NCBI GenBank assembly: GCA_041937175.2 | Contig: CP166615.1 | Coordinates: 800,001-864,000, forward strand | Direction: 5' to 3' | Source of the DNA: Limnothrix sp. BL-A-16 | GTDB taxonomy: Bacteria; Cyanobacteriota; Cyanobacteriia; CACIAM-69d | DNA: 64,000 nt | Shown: positions 1 to 11,252 of the stretch, one piece after another | How the letters are laid out: every line of letters begins with the position of its first letter | Numbering within the stretch: the stretch's first letter is position 1 | Notes under the pieces: model-generated | Databases searched by the model: none | What the model was told of the DNA's origin: nothing | What the model saw: only the letters and a program-made list of their open reading frames with translations | Translations under genes and position numbers: made by a program

Positions 1-1370
1 GGCTCGGGCGATCGCGCCGACTCCGGCCCCTTGGGGTTGCTGGGGATTCCCCTTGCCGGGGGCGATGTTTCCTCTTCATTGGTAATTCCGCTGGAGAGCA
101 GCGCCATTTGGCTGCTGTGAACCAGTTCCCGACAGCCATCAATCATTGGCTTCAAGCGCTGATTTAACCGATGTACAAAAAACCAAATGCTGCCCAACAG
201 CACCAGACTGGCCACCAAGCTGGTTCCCAAGGCTGTTTGGAAAATGGGGGTAAACAGTCGGCGGCGCGGCACCACCGCCACCATCATCCAGTCCGTTCCC
301 GCGATCGGGCGATAGGCCAAAAACTCAGCAGGAGTTGTCCGAAAGCCCAGCCGAGATTGGCGAATTTTGGGCCAAATCCGTTCCAAGGAGGGAATTTTCT
401 GGTAGCTCGATAGGCCCGTGGCCTGCTGCGGATCCGGTGGATAGGCCAGCAGTTCCCCCTCATAACTCAGCAGCACGAAATAGCCGTCCTGTCCCAACAC
501 CGGCCGCGCCAAACGTTCACTGAGGTTGGTGATGTCAATATCCACCACCGTGGATCCCACCTTATGGCGATCGCGACTGCGCACCGGACTCAGCAGCGTC
601 ACCAGCACCTGTTGATTCCAGCGGTAAGGCTTGAGCCACCGTGGCTCCGCCGCACTGGCCTCCTTGGGAGACACCAGGCGGGCTTCCGAAGGGGTGAGCC
701 GTTCCGTCAAGGACTCAGCGCGATCGAGTTGGGCCAAGCGATCGGGAGTTGAAGGCGTGGCCGTGGGCGATGGCGTTGAAGGGGGAATACCATCGCGGAT
801 CAACACATAGGGCGGAGCCAATCGCTTATGAATCATGCTTGGCTCCGAAAAAGCGGTTTTCGGTTCCGACACCGTGGATCGGGGGCTAGTGGGCGTGGGC
901 TGCGATCGTCCCAGCTCCGAAACCCGGTTTACCAACCGCTGCGGCACGATCGAATAATACGGATCGAACTGCTCCCGGCTCTTGAGCAGGGCAAACGGTT
1001 CCTGTTGCAACCCCAAACCCGCCACCAGAGGCGGCCGGTTTTTCAGAAATTCCAAAATGATTTGTTCACAACTTTGGGCGATCGCCGCCTCATCCTGGCC
1101 CAGTCGGCTGACCTCATAGACAGCAACCCCGAATCCATCCGCAAACTCTTCCACCTGCTTCAGGTCGCTTTCGAGGCCTTGCACCTCAATCCTCAGGGTT
1201 TTTTGAATCTCATCAACCGTCTGATCCTTCAGCAGGTTGTAAGTAATCCCGGTCATGATGCCCAGCGTTGACAAAATGCCCAGCATCGTCCACAAGAGCA
1301 TCTGAGCACCAATGGAAGAAAGCCTCGTGGCCTTCAGAATCAGTAGCAGTTCAAAGACGCGATGTCTCAT
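1..1370 (-). CDS. Membrane sensor, 5' part only (TM - Cache-like periplasmic domain - TM - HAMP-like); MCP, histidine kinase or cyclase. Runs off the window edge
   Basis: Not in the ORF track. Manual translation from ATG 1370: MRHRVFELLLILKATRLSSIGAQMLLWTMLGILSTLGIMTGITYNLLK...WLKPYRWNQQVLVTLLSPV...VVDIDITNLS...GYFVLLSYEGELLAYP...YRPIAGTDWMMVAVVP...ALGTSLVASLVLLGSIWFFV...LKPMIDGC. Two hydrophobic segments flank dCache-like motifs; frame open to position 1. Confidence 0.75.
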   Translation of the reverse strand, partial: MRHRVFELLLILKATRLSSIGAQMLLWTMLGILSTLGIMTGITYNLLKDQTVDEIQKTLRIEVQGLESDLKQVEEFADGFGVAVYEVSRLGQDEAAIAQSCEQIILEFLKNRPPLVAGLGLQQEPFALLKSREQFDPYYSIVPQRLVNRVSELGRSQPTPTSPRSTVSEPKTAFSEPSMIHKRLAPPYVLIRDGIPPSTPSPTATPSTPDRLAQLDRAESLTERLTPSEARLVSPKEASAAEPRWLKPYRWNQQVLVTLLSPVRSRDRHKVGSTVVDIDITNLSERLARPVLGQDGYFVLLSYEGELLAYPPDPQQATGLSSYQKIPSLERIWPKIRQSRLGFRTTPAEFLAYRPIAGTDWMMVAVVPRRRLFTPIFQTALGTSLVASLVLLGSIWFFVHRLNQRLKPMIDGCRELVHSSQMALLSSGITNEEETSPPARGIPSNPKGPESARSPE

Positions 1371-2304
1371 GTGGTCAAGAGGGGGTGAAGACGCGATGCT
1401 GATTGGTCAATGGCATGACCATCACTGCAAAACTAGGTAATCTCGGGGTGCGACGGCATTACGATGCCTCAGCTCTCTCGACAACTACATATTTCCTATA
1501 TCTCAATCGAACTTTGCAGATTCGGGAAACTTCAGAACTTTCTGGCCCATTTCATCCTAATGACCTCATCCTGATGACGGACTTTTGATGAAATTTCGGC
1601 TAAATCTGCCCCGAAAAATGCATCTTTGGCGACAAAATGGGCCATGGACAACTGAATGACAAACCCAACGATTTAGGTTTTCTCTCGATTGCCATTATGA
1701 AAGGTGACGCAATGATGGCCAGTACAGAAATCGCCTAATGCTAATTCGCTAGGCCGTTCTGAAAATCGACTAAAACCAAAAAAGATTAGTGAGAAATGAT
1801 TGCATTTTTGAATCATCTCTTAAATTAATCATTTTTGAAGTTAGTCATTTTTGAAATTATTGGTTCACTCTGAATTTACTCCTAAATTTACTCCTCATCA
1901 AACTTCCTCAAGATTGACAAATTGATCCTGAGAATTGGTGCAATTGACTGTTGCCTGAAAACTACCGAGTTAGGGCATTAGCTAAACGGTCTGGAATGCA
2001 CCCATGGGGAGTAGAAAGGCCAATTTGATTTATCCAAAATTCCCCTTAGCTTAGGAGATCACCTGGCCTGATCTTGTATTCAAGACTACCGTATCCCGAT
2101 GATGATGCTCGGGATTCGCGCCCCAGGCTTCACAAGGCCTTGCGCGAAGGATGGCTGAGAAGCCAGAGCTGACGGCGAGACAACGGGCTACCTTTGCTGA
2201 TTCAACTTCGCTGATTTAACATTGACGATTTGGTTTTGCAGTCCCGATCGACCGCCCGATCGACCGCCTCAACATTTCCCTCTGAGCGCCCTCGGTCATT
2301 CTGA

Positions 2305-2436
2305 GAGGGTGTCTGAAAAGCCAAAATTGCTACTCTGTACGCCCCAGGGATCGATGTAGACAAGGGGCTTAAGCCCCTTGCCCCGACGGTTACTAGCCCC
2401 TTAGCAAGTACCCCAAGTTACTGCTCAGACATCCCC
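2305..2436. mobile_element. MITE family A (132 bp)
   Basis: Imperfect terminal inverted repeats GAGGGTGTCTGAAAAG / CTGCTCAGACATCCCC, flanked by TGA/TTA. Central palindrome CAAGGGGCTTAAGCCCCTTG. Homologous, in opposite orientation, to 17634-17908. Confidence 0.65.
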
Positions 2437-2446
2437 TTAGAGCACC

Positions 2447-3169
2447 CTATTGAGCCGGTGGTGCAGCATCGGGAGGATTAAATCGATAACCAACCCCGCG
2501 CACCGTTTGGATAATTTGGGTTTTTGCGCCTGCACTTTCCATCTTTTTGCGAATTTGACCAATGTGGACATCAACAACCCGTTGGTCGCCCACATAGTCG
2601 TAATCCCAAACTCTTTGCAAAAGTTCTTGGCGATTCCAGACCCGTCCTGGATGATTGGCCAAAAAATGCAAAATATTGAACTCTAAGGCCGTTAGGGTAA
2701 TTAATTGATCGTCAAGGGTGACTTCGTGGCGTTCCGGATCGATGATTAAGCTGCCAAAATTAAGGGAAGGTTGCGGTAAATCACGTGGAGAATTGCCCCG
2801 ACCCCGCTTCAGAATGGCACTAACACGCACCCCTAATTCCATCAAGCTAAAGGGCTTGGTCAGGTAATCATCTGCCCCTTGGCGAAACCCCTTAATTTTA
2901 TCGGCTTCATCGGAACGACTGGTGAGCATCAAAACGTAGACACCCGTTTTGGCTTGCATTTCCCGACACAGTTCGTACCCCGTTGCATCCGGTAGATTGA
3001 CATCCAAAATCACCAGATCGGGTTGAAACTTTTCAAAGAGCGCTAAGGCCGTCTTCCCGTCAGGAGCCGACTCCATTTGATATTGCTGCTTGCTTAAGAA
3101 GCGATGGATCAACTTTCGGATCGCTGGATCGTCATCCACAACCAGCAGCTTTGGAGGCGTGTCAGTCAT
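2447..3169 (-). CDS. OmpR-family response regulator
   Basis: Receiver motifs LVVDDD, LDVNLPD, GADDYLTKPF; winged-helix C-terminus RVVDVHIGQIRKK...TVRGVGYRF. Confidence 0.95.
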   Translation of the reverse strand: MTDTPPKLLVVDDDPAIRKLIHRFLSKQQYQMESAPDGKTALALFEKFQPDLVILDVNLPDATGYELCREMQAKTGVYVLMLTSRSDEADKIKGFRQGADDYLTKPFSLMELGVRVSAILKRGRGNSPRDLPQPSLNFGSLIIDPERHEVTLDDQLITLTALEFNILHFLANHPGRVWNRQELLQRVWDYDYVGDQRVVDVHIGQIRKKMESAGAKTQIIQTVRGVGYRFNPPDAAPPAQ

Positions 3170-3981
3170 CGCTTTGAAGCCAAGATAATCGGCAGAGAAA
3201 TATTATGGGGCCATTGGGGGTGCGACGGTCATCGCGGTGTGGAGATTTGGGTAGCTGTGATGAACCCAAATAAATAGGGGCTGCTCAATTGTGCCCCTTT
3301 CACTCAATCAGGTGCAAATCGTTGTCCAACGATCCAACTAAAATTTGTCCAAGTTTGTCCAAATAGGATGATTGTCCAAATCATTTGTAGGGCTAATTGA
3401 GGTTGCACGCCAGTTTATTGACCCTTTCTACGGGGATCAGGGATCAACCGGATGTGACCAAACGCATTTCTAGCGCATTTGGGCGCTTGATTGCTTGCGG
3501 GGGAGTGTTTAGGAAAGTTTTGGACAGTGGGCTGCATGTTATTGCGCGTATTCTATCAAACCGGCACTATTTCACTAACGGTTGTGGCGATTCGCTTTTG
3601 GCCAACTGATGATGGGCAATTGACGGGCGATCATCCCAAACCCTTGGGGGCTGACTGGTGCAGGGTTTTGGCGCAAGGATCCGGCTTGTCTGGCACAATG
3701 GGCCGATCCTTATAGATCCGGATAGATCTGGTAGATTTGGCTGATCTGGCGCAAGGCTTGGGGGGCAGGGGCTGGCTCAATGATGAGGACTTGTTGCCAA
3801 TCCGAAATGCTCAGGTGTCGGTTGCTTAGAATTTAGACTAGATTTAAATAGTGTTTTCACGGTATTAGGGCGATCGCCAAGTGCCGCGATCATGCAGTGA
3901 TCACTCAAACAGTACTGAACAGATAGCGTCGAAGGCGCTGTTTCACTCGATCGCCGCCAAGAGACTAGCCCCACCCAACGC

Positions 3982-4602
3982 ATGAGCAACCCGAACCCCT
4001 ACGAACAGCTTGGCGTGACCGAGGATGCGTCTTTTGATGAGATTCAATCGGCGCGCAATCGGCTCCTCAAGGAACATGAAACAGACCGCCAACGGATGGA
4101 AGCGGTTGAGATGGCCTATGACGCAGTGCTGATGGATCGGCTGCGGCTGCGGCAGGAGGGACGAATTAAAGTCCCCGATCGAATCCGGTTTGCGGAACAG
4201 GACGATCGCCCCGCGCCGGCCGCTCCCCAACCCAGTCAACCGCCGCAACTGCCCAATTGGTTAGCGGGGTCGATCGATCGGCCCACCCGTACCGATTGGA
4301 TCCAGGCCGGCGGCACGTTTTCGGTGCTGTTGGTGCTGGGGTTGTTGAATCCTGGTGGTGATGGGGCACTGCTGCAATTGGTACTGGCGATCGGGGCAGG
4401 GGCCAGCTTGTTTTTCCTCAATCGCAAGGAGCGGCGTTTTGGCCGAGCGGTGTTGTTGACGCTGCTGGGACTGATTGGCGGTCTGATTGTGGGTTCGTTG
4501 ATCACGGGTCTGATTCCGCCTGTGGTGGGCCTGCGCACGGAACAGTTGGTGGCGGTGGTGACGCTGATTACCCTTTGGCTCACCAGTTGCTTGCTGCGAT
4601 AA
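3982..4602 (+). CDS. CPP1-like / DUF3353 family protein (J-like domain plus TM helices)
   Basis: NPYEQLGVTEDASFDEIQ.AR, AYDAVLMDRLRLRQEGRIKVPDRIRF, then hydrophobic helices. Confidence 0.85.
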   Translation: MSNPNPYEQLGVTEDASFDEIQSARNRLLKEHETDRQRMEAVEMAYDAVLMDRLRLRQEGRIKVPDRIRFAEQDDRPAPAAPQPSQPPQLPNWLAGSIDRPTRTDWIQAGGTFSVLLVLGLLNPGGDGALLQLVLAIGAGASLFFLNRKERRFGRAVLLTLLGLIGGLIVGSLITGLIPPVVGLRTEQLVAVVTLITLWLTSCLLR

Positions 4603-4703
4603 GCAGGGCGATCGACCTTGCCAGCAAAGTTCAAGACTTAAGGTTAAAGACTCAAAATTCAAGGGCAAACGGCAAAACGCGAAAGCCAAAACTTGAAAGT
4701 CAA

Positions 4704-4746
4704 AAATGCCCAGTGATCAACAGTTGTGCTTGATCGCTGGGCATTT
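4704..4746. terminator. Bidirectional hairpin between convergent genes
   Basis: AAATGCCCAGTGATCAA...TTGATCGCTGGGCATTT. Confidence 0.6.
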
Positions 4747-4791
4747 CGCTGTTCAGAAGGGCTGGTTGCTGGTTAATTCACGGAAGATTCC

Positions 4792-6336
4792 CTAGTTGCT
4801 AACCTCGCGCACCGTGAGCTGATAGCGTCCTCGTCCTTGGGGATCGTAGGCATTGACGATGATCCGGTAAGTGCCAGTGCTGGGCAGTTGCACCACGAGG
4901 GCCGCGTTGGTGTTGGTGTCGCTGATGTCGTCGGCATCGGCCAGTTTTTCATCCTGGGGATCCGCCACCATCAGGTAGGGATCAAAGTCATTGCTCTCCA
5001 GCAGGATTTCAATTCGTTGACCGGCCCGCCCATTGAATCGATATTCCTGGTAGGGGCTGTTGTCGGATTGCAGACGGGGCGAACTGGCGGTCAGGCTACC
5101 GGCATCTTGCAGGATGAGCGAGCCGGCCTGTGTACCAGGTTGTGTGCCGGGCTGCGTACCGGGGTTGGTGGCGGCGGGGCCACCCGATCGCGCCCGTAGG
5201 GTATAGCGTCCTTGTTGGTTGGTGGCGGCGGTGTTCACAAACACGGTGTACAGGCCGCTGCTGGGCAGGGTGGCGGTGATGCGAGCGTTGGTTTGGCCGC
5301 CGCTGTCGTCGTCCTGGGCTAGCTCTTCTCCGTCGGGATTGAGCACGATCAGGTAAGCATCGAAGTCGCCGCTGGCCAGGTCGATCGTGACTTGGTTGCC
5401 CGCTTCGCCCGTGAAGGTGTAGATGTCGTAAAGGGTTTGGTCTTGGCTCAAAACCCGATCGCCCTCGGCCAATTCGCCGGCCAGGGGCTGATTATTCAGA
5501 GCCAGGGTGGTGACGGGGATGGAGGGGCGCAAATCTCCCGATCGTGCCTTGGCCAGGAAGTCCAACACGCGATCGGTGGAGATGGCGAAGCCAATGCCGA
5601 TGTTGCCACCGCCGTCGCGATCGACATAGATCGAAGTGTTGACCCCAATCAGTTGCCCTTTGCTGTTCAGGAGTGGGCCGCCGGAGTTGCCGGGGTTGAT
5701 GGCCGCGTCGGTTTGAATTAGCCCTTCAGTGTTGTCCAGGCGGCTGACAATGCCCACGGTGAAGGTGTTTTGGAACTTGCCAAAGGGATTCCCGATCGCG
5801 AAGGCCCGTTGCCCCACTTCCACGGAACCGGGCGGCGCAATGGGCACCACCGGCAACCCACTCGCCCCCCGCAGTTTCAGCATGGCGAGGTCTAGGCTGC
5901 CTTCCGCAAATCCCAGAATATCCGCCTCAAATTTTTGACCATCGGCCAACACCACAGTCACGGGGCTGGCGGCATCATCCACCACATGGGCGTTGGTCAG
6001 AATCAGGCCATCGGCGCTGACGATGCTGCCGCTGCCGGTGCTGCTGCTGGTTTCGATCGAGACAACGGCAGGGCTAGCAGTCCGATAAACCCGCACGTTT
6101 ACCTCTTCATCACTGTTGCCTTGGGCCCGGTGGTCGGGAACTGTTGGGCGCAACGGCTCGATCGACTCGTTCGCCGGGCCTAATCGTCCTGCATCGGGGG
6201 GCATTTGCCGTGCTGCGCCAGGACTGGCCGCCCAGCCAATGGAGCCGATCGAGAGGAGGATCATTCCTCCCAGGCCCCATAGGGAATGGGAAAGCCGACG
6301 TAGCGGCATAGGCTGCGATCGCTGATTGATACTCAT
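4792..6336 (-). CDS. Secreted trypsin-like (S1C) serine protease with two PPC (pre-peptidase C-terminal) domains and no PDZ
   Basis: Signal-like N-terminus; TNAHVV, DLAML, TDAAINPGNSGGP triad; two repeats of Y.F.G.AG..I.L.S.DFD.YL....P.G..LA.DDD. Start uncertain (6366, 6336 or 6309). Confidence 0.85.
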   Translation of the reverse strand: MSINQRSQPMPLRRLSHSLWGLGGMILLSIGSIGWAASPGAARQMPPDAGRLGPANESIEPLRPTVPDHRAQGNSDEEVNVRVYRTASPAVVSIETSSSTGSGSIVSADGLILTNAHVVDDAASPVTVVLADGQKFEADILGFAEGSLDLAMLKLRGASGLPVVPIAPPGSVEVGQRAFAIGNPFGKFQNTFTVGIVSRLDNTEGLIQTDAAINPGNSGGPLLNSKGQLIGVNTSIYVDRDGGGNIGIGFAISTDRVLDFLAKARSGDLRPSIPVTTLALNNQPLAGELAEGDRVLSQDQTLYDIYTFTGEAGNQVTIDLASGDFDAYLIVLNPDGEELAQDDDSGGQTNARITATLPSSGLYTVFVNTAATNQQGRYTLRARSGGPAATNPGTQPGTQPGTQAGSLILQDAGSLTASSPRLQSDNSPYQEYRFNGRAGQRIEILLESNDFDPYLMVADPQDEKLADADDISDTNTNAALVVQLPSTGTYRIIVNAYDPQGRGRYQLTVREVSN

Positions 6337-6585
6337 GGCCCCAAACCCTTCTGCAACGATGGTCACAATATGGTCACAACAAAACTGGTCACAACAAAAC
6401 CGCCAGCGCCGGGCCCCGCTGGTGGGTGCGCTGGCGTTGGCATTGTACTTTTCTTGAACTTAGCAGACCGATCGGGAGATACCGATCGGATCGCAGACAA
6501 ATCCTGTCTTGGTTCCTGTCTTAGCGCCTAGCGGGCTTGCCGGTTGGGGGCTGGAGGACGTGAGTTTAATCACCAGGAAATTCAC

Positions 6586-8433
6586 TCAGGAACGGGGCCC
6601 AAAGGGGGCTAGTCCCGATTGCCATTGGTCGATCGCCTGAGCCAGGGCAGGGCGCACCTGCTGCCAAACACTGGCCCAATCCCGAGGCTGGGGCTGACGA
6701 AACAACCGAGCCGTGGGATACCAAGGGCAATCGGTGCGATCGAGCATCCAGCGCCAATTGGGCATTCGGGGCAACAGGATCCAAGTGGGCAAGCCCAAAC
6801 CGCCCGCCAGGTGAGTGACAGAGGTGTCAACACAAATCACCAAATCCAGTTGGGCTGCGAGGGCGGCGGTGTCGGCAAAATCCCGGAGTCGATCGTGCCA
6901 GGCTTGGACTTGCGGAAACTGGGCGATCGCCCCGGCATCAGGCCCCACTTGCAAACCATGCAGTTGCACCTCAGGGCAATTCAGATGCTCCACAAATTGG
7001 GCTAGGGGAATCGATCGATTGTGATAGTCCCGGCGGCCGTCGCGATTGGCTTGGTAGCCGCTGGCCCAGGCAATGCCCACATGGAGTCGATCGCGCCGAA
7101 AGGTAAATTCCTGATCCGGTCGCCAGTCCGTGGCCTGGGCTGACAGGTAAGGAATCGATCGGGGAATGGCCGCCAAGCTGGGCGTGAACGCCTTGGGCAG
7201 GCTCAGGAAGGAGATTTGCCAGTCGAAGGCCGGCAGGGCTGCCCCTTGAACCACCACGTGATCCACCCCTGGCAGGGCCGCCAAAATTCGAGCGGTGGGT
7301 TTTGGTGACTCCACCACCACCCTCGCGCCCCGTGCCGCCAACAGGGGCAAATATCGCGCAAAGTGCAAAATATCGCCCAAACCACACTGGGCATAGACCA
7401 AGATCGTTTGCCCTGCGATCGGCTCCCCATTCCAGGCCGGTTGCTGGAAGGGCCGCCGGGGCAAAACATTGGGCCAGCGCCATTCAAATTCCGCGAAGCC
7501 CCGCTCATAGTCGCCTTGGTGTAACCAAAGGTTGGCCCGCCCCCAGTGCACATCTGCTTCATCGGGTTGATGGCGGAGGGCGGCTTCGTAACAGTCGGCG
7601 GCGGCGGCCAATTCCGCTAGCTCAAAATGGCAATTCCCGATCGCCCCCAGGGCCCGCGCCTGCACACCGGGATCCGGCGGAGCCAGGGCCAACCCCCGTT
7701 GGTGGGCGGCGATCGCCGCCCGAAATTCTTGGCGATAAAAACAAACCCGTCCCAACTGGAACCAAGCACCGGGATAGTGGGGATCCAAGGCCAACGATCG
7801 CTGAACCGCCGCATAGGCCAGCTCGGGATCGTCCCCAGCTTCGCGATCGAGCGCAATCCAACTTTGCAGCAGGTGGGCCAGGGCGCGATCGGGGTTGCGT
7901 TGCAAGGCCTGCTCGATCGCCGCCGCCGCTTCCGGCCACCGACATTGCTGGCAAAGACTTTGGGCTAGGTAAAGATGCAAGTCCGGTAGCTCAGGATTGG
8001 CCTGAATCGCTTGCTGATAGTGTGTGGTGGCCGTTGCCCAATTCTGTTGTTGCAGGGCAATTGCGCCCCGATTGGCCCAAACTTCTGCCCAATCGGGCCG
8101 ATAGTGCAAGGCCCAGCCATAGGCGCGATCGGCCGCGTCCCACTGACCTTGCCCCTGTAAACCATTGCCCAACCAGCGGTAAGGTTCTGGCCGATCGGGA
8201 ACCAGCCGAATGGCCCGTCGGGCTTGCTCGATCGCCCCTTGGGCCTGGCCCTGTCGCCAAGCCGCCTCGGCCGCCGCCAAAGCCTGGTCAAACGCCGTCG
8301 CCAGCATTTCCAAGGCGATCGGGGGTGCAGGTTTGGGGGTGATTGCTGCGATCGTTTCTTCCTGTTCGAGGGCTGTGGTTTCGCCTGTTTGCATGGATCT
8401 CCTCGCATCTGCCCGCATCTGGCTGCTGACCAT
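6586..8433 (-). CDS. TPR-repeat protein with C-terminal glycosyltransferase (GT9-like) domain
   Basis: Multiple TPRs, then GFAEFEWRW, W.GE.I.G.TILVYAQCGLGD..HFARY, DFADTAAL..QLDLVICVDTSVTHLAGGLG, WYPTARLFRQ. Confidence 0.8.
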   Translation of the reverse strand: MVSSQMRADARRSMQTGETTALEQEETIAAITPKPAPPIALEMLATAFDQALAAAEAAWRQGQAQGAIEQARRAIRLVPDRPEPYRWLGNGLQGQGQWDAADRAYGWALHYRPDWAEVWANRGAIALQQQNWATATTHYQQAIQANPELPDLHLYLAQSLCQQCRWPEAAAAIEQALQRNPDRALAHLLQSWIALDREAGDDPELAYAAVQRSLALDPHYPGAWFQLGRVCFYRQEFRAAIAAHQRGLALAPPDPGVQARALGAIGNCHFELAELAAAADCYEAALRHQPDEADVHWGRANLWLHQGDYERGFAEFEWRWPNVLPRRPFQQPAWNGEPIAGQTILVYAQCGLGDILHFARYLPLLAARGARVVVESPKPTARILAALPGVDHVVVQGAALPAFDWQISFLSLPKAFTPSLAAIPRSIPYLSAQATDWRPDQEFTFRRDRLHVGIAWASGYQANRDGRRDYHNRSIPLAQFVEHLNCPEVQLHGLQVGPDAGAIAQFPQVQAWHDRLRDFADTAALAAQLDLVICVDTSVTHLAGGLGLPTWILLPRMPNWRWMLDRTDCPWYPTARLFRQPQPRDWASVWQQVRPALAQAIDQWQSGLAPFGPRS

Positions 8434-8694
8434 CTGGCTGCTTAAATCTAGTGGGTTAAATCTGGCTGACCGAACTTGATCGCCTGGATTTGATTAATGG
8501 AATCTGAATCAATGGAATTTGGCTGATGACAATTGCTCCAGGTCGCGGTTTAGGGCCTGGGTTTCCGGATCCCGCTGCAATCTTGGCCGCCGGAACTCGC
8601 GATCGGGTCAGCTATCCGGTGTTTAATTGAACCCGGTTTGGATAACCCGATCCCCCTCAGATCAATCTTTCAAAACTTCCTAGGAGTTTGACCC

Positions 8695-9405
8695 ATGAGC
8701 CAGCTCGATCCCGCAACCATCATGAAACAACAAGTGGCCCGGGCCGCCGTGGCCCGCGTCAAGTCGGGAACCGTCGTGGGGTTGGGCAGCGGCTCAACGG
8801 CGGCCTTTGCGATCGAATATTTGGGCGATCGGCTCAAGTCCGGTGAACTCACCGATATCATCGGCGTGCCCACGTCGTTCCAGTCGGAAGTGTTGGCCAA
8901 ACAGTTTGGCATTCCCTTGGCCACGCCCAACGATGTGGATCGCATTGATGTGGCGATCGACGGGGCCGACGAAGTGGATCCGCAAAAGAACCTGATCAAG
9001 GGCGGCGGCGCGGCCCACACCCGGGAAAAGATTGTGGACTGCTTGGCAGCGGAATTTATTGTGGTGGTGGATGCCAGCAAATTGGTCGATCGCCTGGGAA
9101 CCACCTTCCTGTTGCCCGTGGAAGTGTTGCCTATGGCTTTGGAACCGGTGAAGCGGGCGATCGCAGCCCTGGGTGGTGAGCCGCAATTGCGGATGGCCGT
9201 CAAAAAAGCCGGCCCCGTGGTTACAGATCAGGGCAACTTGGTTCTGGATGTGAAATTCCCTAACGGCATTGACGATCCCGCCACCTTGGAAAAAGCCCTC
9301 AATAATATTCCCGGAGTCCTGGAAAACGGCCTGTTTGTGGGAACCACAGACTGCGTGCTGATTGGGGAAATTGTGAACGGGGAACCGCAAGTCCGCCAAA
9401 TGTAG
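8695..9405 (+). CDS. rpiA: Ribose-5-phosphate isomerase A
   Basis: [26 protein letters not shown] motifs. Confidence 0.97.
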   Translation: MSQLDPATIMKQQVARAAVARVKSGTVVGLGSGSTAAFAIEYLGDRLKSGELTDIIGVPTSFQSEVLAKQFGIPLATPNDVDRIDVAIDGADEVDPQKNLIKGGGAAHTREKIVDCLAAEFIVVVDASKLVDRLGTTFLLPVEVLPMALEPVKRAIAALGGEPQLRMAVKKAGPVVTDQGNLVLDVKFPNGIDDPATLEKALNNIPGVLENGLFVGTTDCVLIGEIVNGEPQVRQM

Positions 9406-9811
9406 GTTGAATGCCATTGGAGCTAGATCGGGGTGGGCAATGCCCGCCCGACTAGCGAGTCAAGGTCTAACTGAATGTCTGACTCAGAAACTGACTCAAT
9501 CCCCGACCGATACCCAACCAATTCATAGAAATTTATCAGCCGTTGAACAACACTCGAACGATTGAAGGGCCCGCGATCGCCATCATGGTCGATTCTGTCG
9601 GTCAAAATCTTTGCCGATTGCAGGATAGAAAGATGATTAAATATCTGTGCGATCGCTAATTACTCCTAAGTTGGGTCTTACGCGCGATCCTTGCCCGAAT
9701 GTCTACCTGTTTCGGTCATTCGGCAGAATGACAATCCAGTCAAAATTGAGCGCAGAGTGAAGCGCAGGGTTGAGTGCCAATGCCATCTGCAACCACTCAA
9801 CGCAAGAGATC

Positions 9812-10711
9812 ATGGCTCCTCAATTTTGCTCTCCCCCTCGCACGTTTAAGCCCATGGTGCAAGCTCACACGCGAATGTTGGATCGTTCAGTTCCCCAAGC
9901 CGTAAAAGCCGCAGTCATGGTCATCGGCGGCGCAGAAGACAAGATTCACGGTCGTGAAATTCTGCACGCCTTCTTTCAGCGATCGGGCGGAACCGGTGCC
10001 AGAATCGCCATCATTCCGAGTGCTTCGCGGGAGCCATCGGTGATTGGCAGCAAGTACCGCATGATTTTCGAGAGCATGGGAGCCGAGTCGATCGAAATTC
10101 TCGATGTGCGCGATCGCGACCAAGGTTCCAACGAAAGCTATTTGGAATATGTCTACAGTTGCACGGGCGTGTTCATGACCGGCGGCGATCAGTTGCGGCT
10201 GTGTGGCCTGCTGGCGGAAACGCGGCTGATGGAAAGCATTCTGGAGCGGGTGCGGCGGCGGGAAATTTCCCTGGCCGGAACCAGTGCCGGGGCCGCAGTG
10301 ATGGGTCACCACATGATCGCGGGCGGTGGCTCGGGTGAGTCCCCCAATCGATCGCTGGTGGATATGGCCACGGGGTTTGGTGTGCTGCCCCATGTGATTG
10401 TGGATCAGCACTTCCACAACCGAAATCGGATGGCGCGGCTTTTGAGCGCTGTGTCCCTGCATCCCGATCGCCTGGGCATTGGCATTGATGAAGACACCTG
10501 CGCCTGTTTTGAGGATGATGGCTCGATCGAAGTGCTCGGCAAAGGCACGGTCACGATCATTGACCCGGGCGACATCACCTACACCAATCAATCCTTGGTG
10601 GGGGCCAACGATCCCGTCAGTCTGCATCACCTCCGCCTGCATGTGCTCAGCTACGGCGATCGATACTCAATTCCGACGCGGCGTGTGGTCAGCACCGGGC
10701 AACCGCGCTAG
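9812..10711 (+). CDS. cphB: Cyanophycinase
   Basis: IGGAEDK, FMTGGDQLRL, GTSAGAAVMG (catalytic Ser), DQHFHNRNRMARL, GIDEDT. Start uncertain. Confidence 0.93.
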   Translation: MAPQFCSPPRTFKPMVQAHTRMLDRSVPQAVKAAVMVIGGAEDKIHGREILHAFFQRSGGTGARIAIIPSASREPSVIGSKYRMIFESMGAESIEILDVRDRDQGSNESYLEYVYSCTGVFMTGGDQLRLCGLLAETRLMESILERVRRREISLAGTSAGAAVMGHHMIAGGGSGESPNRSLVDMATGFGVLPHVIVDQHFHNRNRMARLLSAVSLHPDRLGIGIDEDTCACFEDDGSIEVLGKGTVTIIDPGDITYTNQSLVGANDPVSLHHLRLHVLSYGDRYSIPTRRVVSTGQPR

Positions 10712-11252
10712 TCGTTAAACCATTTCCGTGATCTTCCGTGATCTAACGACTCTCGCGCTCCTGGGCTAATCCAACCGAAAGAGCACGGTTCAAAACCACG
10801 GAACCCAGCCTCAGTGATGAACCGGGGCTGGGTTTTGCGTTTGAGCTTTGAAATTTTGACCCGATCGCGCGAACCACCGTTGAACCGGCAATGGATCGAG
10901 AATCGAGGATTGAGCCGATCAACGTTGGGCTAGCCACCGATGAAATCGGCAAAAGTTGTTCCAAATTGCCTACTTATCGGCCCCTTGCAACCGCAGCAAT
11001 AGGAAACCACCGCCCAGGCCAATCAAAATCAAGGTGAATGCCAAAAAAGCCGTGCTAAAAATTTCGCCGCTCATGGTGCTATTTCAGTTTTGGTAACGTG
11101 CCCCGCCATTGTATCAACGCGCGTAGGGCTGGGACTCGAATTGCGGCTTGAATTGCGGCTCAAATTGAGACCCGGATTCAACCCCTTGATGGCTTCCCTG
11201 GCGAGCTGACTGGCGGACTGGCGGACTGGCTGGCCGCCCAACTCAGACGAAC

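Noticed and set aside
171..1271. Short plus-strand ORFs in the track
   Set aside because: They lie antisense to the real minus-strand sensor gene, which the track missed because its stop is outside the window.
1955..2090. c-di-AMP (ydaO) riboswitch on the minus strand
   Set aside because: Only scattered motif resemblance (GGGGAA, AATC, AGCTAA); the conserved stems could not be built.
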